64,000 nt of DNA from Chloroflexota bacterium (GTDB lineage: Bacteria > Chloroflexota > Anaerolineae > UBA7937 > B3-Chlor), in assembly GCA_030613785.1 (NCBI GenBank), contig JAUWLF010000010.1, positions 2,028 through 66,027 of the forward strand, read 5' to 3'. The notes under the pieces were generated by a model, which searched no databases, was not told where the DNA came from, and saw nothing but the letters and a program-made list of their open reading frames with translations. The position numbers and the translations under genes were made by a program. Below are positions 1-8,733 of this stretch, piece after piece. Numbering within the stretch: position 1 is the first letter of the stretch; the number at the start of each line of letters is the position of its first letter.

Positions 1-716
1 TAACTCCGGCCGTCCAACCAGAGCCGCAGTTCGGTATCCACCCCCTGCGGCCTGATGACGTAGTTGCCCCGCTGTAATGCAGCGAACTCTACCACGTAGT
101 CGCCGTATTCGGGCTTGGTGCCGGTGAAGCCGGTGGTGCTCCAGCCCGCCAGCGTGGACACCTCCACCGGCGAGCCTACCTTTCCCACTACCGAGACCCT
201 CAACACGGATCCCCGCAGGTCCATGTTCGTGGTGACGTCTAGGATCTCGGCCTCCCACTCCGTAACAGGCGTGGGTGGCGGAGGCGTCGATGTCGCTTGG
301 CCAGGCACCTGAACGAACTCAACCACGATGATGTTTGTCCCGTCGGCCTCCACAGTCATCGATGCCCCGGTGCCCTGTGGTGTGATGACGTACGACCCCG
401 GCATCAGACCGGCGAACTCAGCGGCGTAGGGACCCAACTCTGGCTTGGAGCCGCTCAGCAGGCTCGTGCTCCACCCCCCGTGAGCGGAGGACACTTCAAT
501 CGGCAACCCTGCGACGCCGATGACGGACACCCGGATGATCGTGCCACCAGGGCTCTGTCCACTGATGTCGCTGATCAGCCTCCCCTCCCACACGAGGGTA
601 GTGGTCCCTTGCGCCCCCACAGGGGTGGCGAGCAGGCCGAGCATCGCCACCACAGCCACTACGGTCACGAAGAGTGTCAGTGCCGATTCTGCCTTCCTCC
701 AACTCAGCAATCGCAT
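1..716 (-). CDS. exported protein with two tandem ~85-aa repeats (C-terminus outside window)
   Basis: Absent from the ORF track because there is no stop in the window. A minus-strand ATG at 716 opens a frame that stays open to position 1. It reads MRLLSWRKAESALTLFVTVVAVVAMLGLLATPVGAQG (signal peptide or anchor), then two repeats sharing RVSVxGxxGxPxEVSxxxGWSTxxxxGxKPExGxYxxEFAxLxxGxYVIxPQG, joined by a Pro/Thr linker. It starts 13 nt after the stop of the upstream rSAM gene. Confidence 0.6.
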   Translation of the reverse strand, partial: MRLLSWRKAESALTLFVTVVAVVAMLGLLATPVGAQGTTTLVWEGRLISDISGQSPGGTIIRVSVIGVAGLPIEVSSAHGGWSTSLLSGSKPELGPYAAEFAGLMPGSYVITPQGTGASMTVEADGTNIIVVEFVQVPGQATSTPPPPTPVTEWEAEILDVTTNMDLRGSVLRVSVVGKVGSPVEVSTLAGWSTTGFTGTKPEYGDYVVEFAALQRGNYVIRPQGVDTELRLWLDGRS

Positions 717-729
717 GGATAACCTCCTC

Positions 730-2157
730 CTACTGCGTCTTGATCCGCATGAACTGTAGCAGAGAGCTGAACCATTCCCTCGCAGTCATCTTGACGGGAT
801 AGATGCGTCTGCTCATCGCATAGCCTTTCCAACCCTTGTACACCAACCAGAACAGCTTGTTGTGTGGCAGCTTGATCAGCCTTGAGACGAGAGATCTGAG
901 GAAGGGGAACTCGACCGCTACGCTCAGCAGCTTATGAAGATTCTCTATCTGTCGCTTCTCCATCTCGCTGCTGAACTTGATAATCGATCCCTCAGCAGCG
1001 GAGCCACTCAAGTCGTCAAAGGTGCCAGTCATCAGCCCCTCGCGCAAGGCCATCTCCGCCAGCTTCGTCTTCGGGTAGGGTTGATACAGGAAGACGTTGA
1101 CGTAGTCAGGTCGGCACTCAATATTCAGATCGAGGGTCTCCAAGTCCGTCTCGAGACCGCCTGTGGGCAATCCTAGCATGTTGCTGGTCATATACTTGAT
1201 GCCATGCTCGCGCAAGATGTGGCCGGCATTGAGGATCTGCTCCTTGGTTATTCGACGATTGAGGACCTCGTCACGTAATCGATCGTTGGCCGTCTCCAAC
1301 CCGAATCTGACGCTGACACAGCCCATGTCCTTCAGCAAAGCTACCTTTTCCTCAGTGACGAGGTTGGGTCTAACCTGGCACCAGAAGGGCAAGCCCACCT
1401 CGGCACTATACAATGCGGCGAATTCCTGCAGCCACCTCTTGTTGATGATGAAGGTGTCATCCCAAAAGAGGACGAAATCCAGTGGATATCGTTCCCGCAC
1501 CTCTGTCAGCTCCTGAATGACGTTCCTTCCACTGCGCCGTCTCGTGCGCCGCCCCTTTCCTTTGTATAGATCGGCATACGCCTCATTGAAGCAGAAAGAG
1601 CAGTTGTACGGGCACCCGCGCCCGGTGATGAGAGGCTTCAACTTCCTAGCACGACTGAAGGAGTGAGCCCGATACAGGAGGTCTCTGTCGGGGAAAGGCA
1701 GCTCGTCCAGGTCTGTGACCAGGGGTCTCAACCCATTGCGGTGGATATGCCCGTCTGATTTGATCCACCAGTTGGGAATGCTCTCCATGGCCTCGCCGTT
1801 CCCCAGGGCGTCCAGCAAATCCACGGTGGCGTACTCCCCCTCCCCGATGCAGATTGCATCCACGCCCTCCTCCTTGATGATGTCGGGGAAGAACGTGGGG
1901 TGAGGCCCGCCCATGATGGAGAAGACGTCCAGTTGAGCCTTGATGCGCCGGTTGACGTCCAGATAGTACCGCTGGGTACCTGTGTAGACGCTGAATCCCA
2001 CCACGTCGGGCTTCAATCGAAAGGCGGCCTCGACCGGGTCCTCCTCCGTGGCCACCACCATGTCGGTCCTGTGTCCCGCCTGCTTCAACGCAGCCGACAG
2101 GCGCAGAATGCCGTGGGGCTCGTTGTCTATCTCTCTGATCACGAAAAGCAGGTGCAC
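730..2157 (-). CDS. B12-binding domain radical SAM protein, paralog 1
   Basis: 475-aa ORF with a GTG start. It has an N-terminal B12-binding-type Rossmann region followed by a GCPYNCSFC (CxxxCxxC) radical SAM cluster motif. It is the same length as the neighbouring paralog, with no indels. Confidence 0.9.
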   Translation of the reverse strand: MHLLFVIREIDNEPHGILRLSAALKQAGHRTDMVVATEEDPVEAAFRLKPDVVGFSVYTGTQRYYLDVNRRIKAQLDVFSIMGGPHPTFFPDIIKEEGVDAICIGEGEYATVDLLDALGNGEAMESIPNWWIKSDGHIHRNGLRPLVTDLDELPFPDRDLLYRAHSFSRARKLKPLITGRGCPYNCSFCFNEAYADLYKGKGRRTRRRSGRNVIQELTEVRERYPLDFVLFWDDTFIINKRWLQEFAALYSAEVGLPFWCQVRPNLVTEEKVALLKDMGCVSVRFGLETANDRLRDEVLNRRITKEQILNAGHILREHGIKYMTSNMLGLPTGGLETDLETLDLNIECRPDYVNVFLYQPYPKTKLAEMALREGLMTGTFDDLSGSAAEGSIIKFSSEMEKRQIENLHKLLSVAVEFPFLRSLVSRLIKLPHNKLFWLVYKGWKGYAMSRRIYPVKMTAREWFSSLLQFMRIKTQ

Positions 2158-2203
2158 TTAGCCTATCTCCAAGAGTGGATATCGCCTATCGGCCGGCCTC
2201 CTC

Positions 2204-3631
2204 CTACTGCGTCTTGATCCGCATGAACTGTAGCAGAGAGCTGAGCCACTCCCTCAGACTCATCTTGACAGGGTAGATGCGTCTGCTGATCGCGTAGCCT
2301 TTCCAGGCCTTGTAGATGAGCCAGTGCAGCTTGTTGGGAGGTAGTTTGATCAGCCGCAAGGTGAGAGGCTTGAGGAAGGGAAACTCGGCGGTCACGCTCA
2401 ACAGCTTCTGTAGATTCTCTATCTGCCGTCTCTCCATCTCGCTGCTGAACTTGATCACCGTGTCCTCGGTCACGGAGCCGCTGAGGTCATCAAAGGTGCC
2501 AGTCATCAACCCTTCGCGCAAGGCCATCTCCCCCAGCTTCGTCTTGGGATAGGGTTGGTACAGGAAGACGTTGACGTAGTCGGCACGGCATTGGATATTC
2601 AGGTCCAGGGTCTCCAAGTCCGTCTCAAGACCACCTGTGGGCAACCCCAGCATGTTGTTCGTCGAATACTTGATGCCATACTGGCGCAGGATACGGCTCG
2701 CCTTGAGGATCTGCTCCTTGGTGATCTGGCGATTAAGGATCTCATACCGCAGGCGATCGTTGGCGGTCTCCACCCCAAAGCTCACGCTGACACAGCCCAT
2801 CTCTTTGAACAAGGCGATCTTCTCCTCGGTGACCAGGTTGGGCCGCACCTGACACCAAAAAGGAAGACCCACCTCCTCCTTGTACCGCACAGCGAGCTCT
2901 TGAAGCCATTTCCTGTTGATGATGAAGGTGTCGTCCAGGAACAGGACGAAGTCGAGGGGATGTCTCTCTCGAACCTCCTTCAGCTCTCGGATGACATTCT
3001 CCACACTGCGCCGCCGCGTTCGTCGCCCCTTTCCTCCGTACAGGTCGGAGTAGGCCTCATTGAAGCAGAACGAGCAGTTGTACGGGCACCCGCGGCCCGT
3101 AATGAACGGCTTCAACTTCCTGCTGCCACTGAGAGGATGGGCCCCATAGAGCAATTCCCTATCCGGGAAGGGCAGTTCGTCCAGGTCTGTGACCAGTGGT
3201 CTCAAAGGATTGCGGTGGATATGCCCGTCGGATTTGATCCACCAGTTGGGAATGCTCTCCACGGGGTCGCCGTTCTCCAGGGCGTTCAGCAAATCCACGG
3301 TGGCGTACTCCCCCTCGCCGATGCAGATTGCATCCACGCCCTCCTCCTCGATCATCTCGGGGAAGAACGTGGGGTGAGGCCCGCCCATGATGGAGAAAGC
3401 GTCCAGTTGGGCCTTGATGCGCCGGCTGACGTCCAGATAGTACCGCTGGGTCCCTGTGTAGACGCTGAATCCCACCACGTTGGGCTTCAATCGAAAGGCG
3501 GCCTCGACCGGGTCCTCCTCCGTGGCCACCACCATGTCGGTCCTGTGTCCCGCCTGCTTCAACGCGGCCGACAGGCGCAGAATGCCATGGGGCTCGTTGT
3601 CTATCTCTCTGATGACGAAAAGCAGATGCAT
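2204..3631 (-). CDS. B12-binding domain radical SAM protein, paralog 2
   Basis: 475-aa ORF with an ATG start preceded by GGAGGAGG. It has the same architecture and CxxxCxxC motif as 730..2157. The first 49 residues are identical to paralog 1. Confidence 0.9.
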   Translation of the reverse strand: MHLLFVIREIDNEPHGILRLSAALKQAGHRTDMVVATEEDPVEAAFRLKPNVVGFSVYTGTQRYYLDVSRRIKAQLDAFSIMGGPHPTFFPEMIEEEGVDAICIGEGEYATVDLLNALENGDPVESIPNWWIKSDGHIHRNPLRPLVTDLDELPFPDRELLYGAHPLSGSRKLKPFITGRGCPYNCSFCFNEAYSDLYGGKGRRTRRRSVENVIRELKEVRERHPLDFVLFLDDTFIINRKWLQELAVRYKEEVGLPFWCQVRPNLVTEEKIALFKEMGCVSVSFGVETANDRLRYEILNRQITKEQILKASRILRQYGIKYSTNNMLGLPTGGLETDLETLDLNIQCRADYVNVFLYQPYPKTKLGEMALREGLMTGTFDDLSGSVTEDTVIKFSSEMERRQIENLQKLLSVTAEFPFLKPLTLRLIKLPPNKLHWLIYKAWKGYAISRRIYPVKMSLREWLSSLLQFMRIKTQ

Positions 3632-3655
3632 TTGGCCTCCTCCAGGACTAAGGAT

Positions 3656-3684
3656 AGTCTATCACAGGGCATCCCTGCTGGCAA
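3656..3684 (-). promoter_or_regulatory. candidate promoter of the rSAM operon (TTGCCA-17-TAGACT with TGn extension)
   Basis: The minus strand reads TTGCCA, a 17-nt spacer ending in TGA, then TAGACT. This lies about 25 nt upstream of the GGAGGAGG RBS and ATG at 3631. Confidence 0.4.
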
Positions 3685-3764
3685 ACCGTCGCAACCAGCT
3701 ACCACCTTCATCACTCACACCGAGGACCCAATCTTGAATCTGCCGCCAACTCCCAAACTGGGTC

Positions 3765-3795
3765 TTGACTCTCCACCGACTGGAGGGTGTATAAT
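3765..3795 (+). promoter_or_regulatory. MerR-type promoter: TTGACT, 19-bp spacer with dyad, TATAAT
   Basis: TTGACT is at 3765-3770 and TATAAT at 3790-3795. The spacer is 19 nt and contains the inverted repeat ACTCTCCA-ccgac-TGGAGGGT (7 of 8 positions symmetric). It lies about 48 nt upstream of the MerR-family gene. Confidence 0.55.
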
Positions 3796-3842
3796 GGCAG
3801 TTGAAGGCCTTCAATCTACGATACGTGCACCGAGTGTGACAA

Positions 3843-4658
3843 ATGTTCAAGATCGGAGACTTTTCTAGACTCAGCCAGGTACCGGTGCAGACATTGCACT
3901 ACTACGACGAGATCGGTCTGCTCAAGCCGGCTGAAGTGGACCGCTTCACCAGGTACCGGTACTACTCGGCCGACCAGTTGCCCCGGCTCAACCGCATTCT
4001 GGCGCTGAAGCACCTGGGGCTTTCCTTCGCCCAGGTTGGCGAACTGCTCGACGGCGACCTGCCAGCGGAGCAGATCCGCGGCATCTTGCGGCTCCAGCAG
4101 GCCGAGGCTCACCAGAAAGTAGAGGACGAGCAGACGCGACTGGCCCGGGTCGAGTGGCGGCTCAGGCAAATAGAACAGGAGGGCGTTATGTCAACTCAAG
4201 AAGTCGTGCTCAAGAAGGTCCCTGCGATGACGGTCGCCTCGGTGCGGGACATCATCCCCACATACAGCGAGATTGGGCAACTATACGGCGAGCTCTTCGC
4301 GTACCTTGGCCGACAGAGGATCAGTCCGGTTGGCCCCCCGCTTGCCATCTACCACGAGCAGGAATACCGCGAGCGGGACGTCGACGCCGAGGCGGCTGTG
4401 CCCATCGCGAAGTCCATGCCCTCAGCGGAGCGAGTCAAGGTCCGCGAGTTGCCGGCCGTCGAGGAGATGGCCTGCATCGTGCACCAGGGCAGATACGACA
4501 CGGTCGGTGAAGCGTACAACCGATTGCTGACCTGGATCGAGGCCCACAGCTACCGCATCCGGGGGCCTAACCGTGAGGTCTATGTCAAGGGGCCGGGCGC
4601 CGGCCATGAGCCGTCCGACTATGTGACCGAGATACAGTTTCCAGTGGAGAAGGCGTAG
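3843..4658 (+). CDS. MerR family transcriptional regulator with C-terminal GyrI-like effector-binding domain (BmrR/TipA-type architecture)
   Basis: N-terminus is FKIGDFSRLSQVPVQTLHYYDEIGLLKP...RYRYYSADQLPRLNRILALKHLGLSFAQV (MerR HTH plus dimerisation helix). The C-terminal ~150 aa have the GyrI-like pattern (VVLKKVPAMTVASV...VRELPAVEEMACIVHQGRYDTVGEAYNRLLTWIEAH). Confidence 0.9.
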   Translation: MFKIGDFSRLSQVPVQTLHYYDEIGLLKPAEVDRFTRYRYYSADQLPRLNRILALKHLGLSFAQVGELLDGDLPAEQIRGILRLQQAEAHQKVEDEQTRLARVEWRLRQIEQEGVMSTQEVVLKKVPAMTVASVRDIIPTYSEIGQLYGELFAYLGRQRISPVGPPLAIYHEQEYRERDVDAEAAVPIAKSMPSAERVKVRELPAVEEMACIVHQGRYDTVGEAYNRLLTWIEAHSYRIRGPNREVYVKGPGAGHEPSDYVTEIQFPVEKA

Positions 4659-4668
4659 TCAATCTATC

Positions 4669-4707
4669 CTCAGGCCCCCGGTTTCAGGACAGAGCCGGGG
4701 GCCTGAG
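4669..4707 (+). terminator. 13-bp GC-rich hairpin after the MerR gene
   Basis: CTCAGGCCCCCGG, a 13-nt loop, then CCGGGGGCCTGAG, 11 nt after the stop. There is no clear T tract. Confidence 0.45.
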
Positions 4708-4858
4708 CCTATGCCCCCTGGCAGTAGGCTACTCATGCGCAAGAGGACGTAGCATCTCATTCAAAACCCAGATACTCTTGACCTCAGAAGTGAGTGAACG
4801 ATAATCGATTGGGAAAGGAGATTACGAAAACGAAGTCCCTCAGATCGGCCACATCCAG

Positions 4859-5050
4859 ATGACCCTGGCAGTCGTCTATGTGCTCGTGAACGTGGTACGT
4901 AATCGGGCGTGGAGGACACTCGCCTTGGGGCTGGCGCTGGGCGTGGCTATCTTGATTCCCCTTGTGGTCGTTCAGACGTGGTGGTTCCAGCCCCATCCCG
5001 AGATGCTGGAGATGCTGTTCAGCGGAGATTGGGGATTTCGTGGCCAGTGA
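4859..5050 (+). CDS. possible small two-TM membrane protein
   Basis: 63-aa ORF with two hydrophobic stretches (LAVVYVLVNVV, LALGLALGVAILIPLVVV). It has no convincing RBS and no recognisable family. Confidence 0.25.
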   Translation: MTLAVVYVLVNVVRNRAWRTLALGLALGVAILIPLVVVQTWWFQPHPEMLEMLFSGDWGFRGQ

Positions 5051-5110
5051 GGAACTGGGGCAGCCTTGCCCGCAGACAAAGAAGTAGTTCTCAAGACCAC
5101 GAGCCTTTCA

Positions 5111-5142
5111 AGCGAAGCCCTTCCCGGTGGAAGGGCTTCGCT
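5111..5142. terminator. bidirectional terminator-like hairpin between convergent genes
   Basis: AGCGAAGCCCTTCC, loop cggt, GGAAGGGCTTCGCT: a perfect 14-bp stem with a tetraloop. It sits 27 nt downstream of the stop of 5169..5687. Confidence 0.5.
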
Positions 5143-5168
5143 TCTAGGTCTGTGGAGGGTCTTCCAGC

Positions 5169-5687
5169 CTACCCCTTCTCGTTTGATCGCGGGCTACTCC
5201 CCTCCGAAAACTCCTTCATCTGCGTGTGATGCTTCTTCTCGTCGTCGGCTTCCGTTTGGAGGATGCGAGCGATGGTTACTTTGTAGCGTCCAGACCGGAT
5301 TCCCCTGTCTTTTTCGAACTCCTCGGCCGGGACGGTCTCCAGGAGGCTAATAAGTTCCCGGTGGGAAGCCTCCACGGAAGCGAGAAGCTCGACGAAATCG
5401 TCCTTCTTGTGCTCTTCGACCAAGCGAGCGTTGTAGGTCTTCCAATCGCGGTCATAGTAGGAGTAGAAAGCTGGCAACTTAGCCTCAAGGAGCTCTCCAA
5501 CAGCCTGGATATTGGTGTAGTCCCATCCTACGAGGTGAGCCAATAGGTCCTTGACGGACCAGACGCCGAGGAAGACCTCATCTTGCTTCTCTTCGGGAAG
5601 CGAATACGCCGCGTCGAGGATCTTCCTTCGCGCCTCGACCAGCTCCGAAATGATCTTGTCCTTCTTTTCCTGGGTACTTTCACCCAT
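5169..5687 (-). CDS. DinB/ClbS-like four-helix-bundle family protein
   Basis: 172 aa with a GGGGAGG RBS. WSVKDLLAHLVGW and the C-terminal DDEKKHHTQM fit the His-bearing DinB-type bundle pattern. The family call is by eye only. Confidence 0.65.
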   Translation of the reverse strand: MGESTQEKKDKIISELVEARRKILDAAYSLPEEKQDEVFLGVWSVKDLLAHLVGWDYTNIQAVGELLEAKLPAFYSYYDRDWKTYNARLVEEHKKDDFVELLASVEASHRELISLLETVPAEEFEKDRGIRSGRYKVTIARILQTEADDEKKHHTQMKEFSEGSSPRSNEKG

Positions 5688-5863
5688 GACCGCCTCCCCA
5701 GCTCATTCAACGATGTCGGCGAGCCGTGGTTGGGCAAAGACTGTCTGTTTCGCGCGCCGACCACAACGCGCTGAAACCGCGCTCGCGATAGCGCGTGTGC
5801 GGCACGGAGCTGTCAGGGATGGTTGCGCTTCGGACACTTTGCCGCCCGGCTTTCTCTTCATCG

Positions 5864-6871
5864 CTATTCGCCCGGAGTTATCGTTTTCTGGAAGCTCGTA
5901 TATCGTCTGCAACGCTCAAATCCCAGGCGTCGATAGACACTCAATGCTTGCAGATTGTTGACATTGACGTCCAGCATCGCATACCTCAATCCCTCTGCCT
6001 TGAACCTCCGCATGGCTTCGCACAGCAAGGCGCTTCCCAAACCACGATTGCGACAAGGAGGCCGAACACCCATCTGGACAATCCAACCTTCGCTGCCGTG
6101 CTTGTCGTCTCCTCCACTCTCAACATAGCAGATGGCGAAGGCAACACCCTCTCTGCCGTCCATGATGAGTAACGAGAGATCGGGACGGAAGCCAGAGTCG
6201 CCAGTCAAATTGTGGCACCAGAAGTCCTCAGTCCAGCCCGGAAAGCCTGGACGGTCCCGAAAGGCGTGGTGATACACACTGAAGAACAGTCCAGCCCGCT
6301 GTGGAGTCCACGAGACGAAGCCCATCCCTTCCGGTAGTGGGGTAGCTGGGATGGGCTGGCTGAGGTCACGACGCATCTCATCCTCGGCAAAGACGAATCG
6401 AAAGCCCTGTTTCTCAAAAAGGGCAATGGCATCGTCACTTCGGTCGTAGAAGTCAATGCGCAGCACAAGTCGGCGATCATCACTCATCGTGGCCAGGATC
6501 TCGCGGGCGCGAGCTTCCATCCACTGAACCACGAAATTTCCCAAGCCTCGGCCGCGGTAGTCTGGATGCACGTTGCCGTCCAAGAAGGCCCGGTATTCGT
6601 GCTTGACGCGGTCGTCGCAAGTCACCCAGGCGGCTGCTGCCAGTTGCCCTGTGGGGTTGACAGCGCACACGGTATCCGTCGAGACGTTCCCAGCGGCATC
6701 GTCAAACCTCTTCTGACGGTCGACGATAGTGCCGAGATTCGTGCTCCCGTCTGCCCGCGCGCAGTCCAGTTCCAGTTGGTGCAGTGCAGGAGCGTCTTCA
6801 CGGTGGAGCGGTCGCCAGGTGTGTCCAGGTAGCTCAAGAAGGATGGGGACCTCAGAAGTCATCTCGAACAC
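5864..6871 (-). CDS. two-domain GNAT N-acetyltransferase (MshD-like architecture)
   Basis: 335 aa with two acetyl-CoA motif regions: HPDYRGRGLGNFVVQW and RPPCRNRGLGSALLCEAMRRFKAEG...LGFE. Confidence 0.85.
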   Translation of the reverse strand: MFEMTSEVPILLELPGHTWRPLHREDAPALHQLELDCARADGSTNLGTIVDRQKRFDDAAGNVSTDTVCAVNPTGQLAAAAWVTCDDRVKHEYRAFLDGNVHPDYRGRGLGNFVVQWMEARAREILATMSDDRRLVLRIDFYDRSDDAIALFEKQGFRFVFAEDEMRRDLSQPIPATPLPEGMGFVSWTPQRAGLFFSVYHHAFRDRPGFPGWTEDFWCHNLTGDSGFRPDLSLLIMDGREGVAFAICYVESGGDDKHGSEGWIVQMGVRPPCRNRGLGSALLCEAMRRFKAEGLRYAMLDVNVNNLQALSVYRRLGFERCRRYTSFQKTITPGE

Positions 6872-6920
6872 ATCCCGTACGCAGATAGCACCGCCGAGAG
6901 CCTGGGCCCTCGGAACCCGA

Positions 6921-7367
6921 TCAGCCTCCGCTGGCCCTGCGCATTCTGCTCAGCATCATCAGCATCGCGCCTATCGTGGTGAAGAAGGCCAGCCCGATCT
7001 TGGTCACATCCACCACAGGTTGAACCTGTACTCCATTTGGTCCGATGTTGATCGTGGCCACTGGCCGGCCCACGGATACGCCACCACCGGCGCCTCCGCC
7101 GCCGAAGCCTGTTCCTTCATCCTCTTCACCCTCGACCGCTGTCTCCTCTTCGAGTGTCTCGCCGCCAGTCCCGCCGCCCACGCCGTAACCGGATCCCGCC
7201 GCCACCAGTATCTCGGAGGCGGTAATGACAGTGTACTCCCCCGAAGCGACGGGTTCGCCGTAGACCGCGCCCGGCTGGGCCACGGCGAATAGCTTTTCCA
7301 TGAGTTCCAAGTTCTGTGCCTGGCTCTTGATCACCGAATCCAAGACCTTGTCGGTTTCATCGCTCAT
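6921..7367 (-). CDS. GerW/YtfJ family protein with Gly/acidic insert and C-terminal TM helix
   Basis: The motifs AVYGEPVASGEYTVITASEI, GSGYGVGGG and GGGGAGGGVSVGRPVATINI match the Spore_YtfJ pattern. The tail IGLAFFTTIGAMLMML is hydrophobic. Confidence 0.7.
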   Translation of the reverse strand: MSDETDKVLDSVIKSQAQNLELMEKLFAVAQPGAVYGEPVASGEYTVITASEILVAAGSGYGVGGGTGGETLEEETAVEGEEDEGTGFGGGGAGGGVSVGRPVATINIGPNGVQVQPVVDVTKIGLAFFTTIGAMLMMLSRMRRASGG

Positions 7368-7368
7368 C

Positions 7369-7653
7369 TCAAGACCTCCTTTTCTTTGCTGACAGCACGA
7401 AGATGACTACAGTGAAAACCACACTGAGGGCAAGTAGCCCCAGTTGGACGATGCGGGTGACGTCAACGATGGGGATGCGCTCCGTTCGTTCCCCACGTTC
7501 AACCAGAATGGCTACCGGTCGGTTCCAAACCAGGCCACCGAAGGGTGCGTGTATGACGAGCGCCTTCGACTGTGGCGTCACGGTGACGTCGCCTACGATT
7601 ACCTCCTCGCCCCAGGTTGTCTGCCACGAGACCATTTCTCTCAGTCGCGTCAT
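7369..7653 (-). CDS. small membrane-anchored protein, co-transcribed with the GerW-like gene
   Basis: The ORF track gives 7369..7677 (GTG start). An ATG at 7653 has GGGAGG 4 nt upstream. It has a C-terminal TM (LGLLALSVVFTVVIFVL), and its stop is 1 nt from the next start. Confidence 0.55.
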   Translation of the reverse strand: MTRLREMVSWQTTWGEEVIVGDVTVTPQSKALVIHAPFGGLVWNRPVAILVERGERTERIPIVDVTRIVQLGLLALSVVFTVVIFVLSAKKRRS

Positions 7654-7792
7654 GAAGCCTCCCATCTTCAACCCCACTTCTCACTGCAAGAAGCATGTCG
7701 GATGCGGAATCTGCCCTTTATGATAGTGCGGAAACACCTGGCCTGTCAACGTTGAGAAGGAGCATAGCTTGAAGCTCGTTTCACCGATTCGG

Positions 7793-8428
7793 TCATGGAC
7801 GCGCTGGGCAGGAGGAAGAAAGACAGCACCCTGAACACAGAGGTCTCTTCTTGCAGGTATCCTTGCAATGGACGACGACGAGGGCGTGGAACTCATTGTA
7901 GAGATCGGAGTCGGATGGCAACTCGTTCATGAAGAACTCCTGGACCTCACTGTAGGGCGCTTTCTCCATCCAGCCATAACCCAGTCTGGTGAAGAGCCGT
8001 CTGGTGTAGGCATCCACCACGAACACCGGCCGCTCGAAGCCGTACAGAAGAATGCTGTCGGCGGTTTCAGGGCCAACGCCCTTCACCTCCAGAAACTCGT
8101 CCCTCAAGTCGGCCACGGGAAGGTGGCGGAACCTCTCCAGATCCATATCATGTCCCACGAGATACTTGAGCACATTCATGAGGCGGTCGTACTTGACGTT
8201 GAAGAAACCAGCCGGAGCTATGAGCCCCTTAACGGTCTCAGGCTCTGCCTCAAGAAGAGCGGTCGCATCGAGGAGCCCCTCTCTCTTGAGGTTGGCTATG
8301 GCCCGAGCGACGTTCTGCCACGCGGTATTCTGAGTCAGTATCGCCCCTACGATGACTTCAAGAGGGCTGTCCCCGGGCCACCAGCCCTGGGGACCGTACG
8401 CTGAATAGAGGAGATCGAAGATCTCCAT
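7793..8428 (-). CDS. HhH-GPD superfamily base-excision glycosylase (endonuclease III-related) with C-terminal Cys cluster
   Basis: Motifs ILTQNTAWQNV, VKGVGPETADSILLY and VVDAYTRR, plus the C-terminal CxxxxxxxxCxxCC..C cluster. The ORF track start at 8461 is GTG. The ATG at 8428 has GAGGA upstream and fits family N-termini better. Confidence 0.85.
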   Translation of the reverse strand: MEIFDLLYSAYGPQGWWPGDSPLEVIVGAILTQNTAWQNVARAIANLKREGLLDATALLEAEPETVKGLIAPAGFFNVKYDRLMNVLKYLVGHDMDLERFRHLPVADLRDEFLEVKGVGPETADSILLYGFERPVFVVDAYTRRLFTRLGYGWMEKAPYSEVQEFFMNELPSDSDLYNEFHALVVVHCKDTCKKRPLCSGCCLSSSCPARP

Positions 8429-8733
8429 GAGAGGTGATTCCTCGGTAGAGGTCACTCTCACACCCCATTTCGCGACTGCTCAACGGTGGCTTCCAACCAT
8501 CTCGTGCCGCCAGACTACCAGATCCTTCCTCAGGCAACATCATAGAGCAAGAATCCCGGCGAGGCAAATCGAGAGCGCCCCACAAGCAGAATCCAGAACT
8601 GTCACCCATGTCTCCGAACACAAGCCAATGGCCGAGTCGATACGCTACCCCAGCGGGCAGCGGCGTTCGGTCGTAGGCTCGAACAGCTTCATCTACAATG
8701 GCGTGACTCTGCATTCTCTTCGTCCCTGACTTC

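Noticed and set aside
2555-3868. A 437-aa plus-strand ORF, the longest unassigned ORF in the track.
   Set aside because: It lies entirely antisense to rSAM paralog 2. The translation is Gly/Arg/Leu/Val/Gln/His-rich with no motifs, typical of shadow ORFs in GC-rich DNA. The minus-strand gene has clear family motifs.
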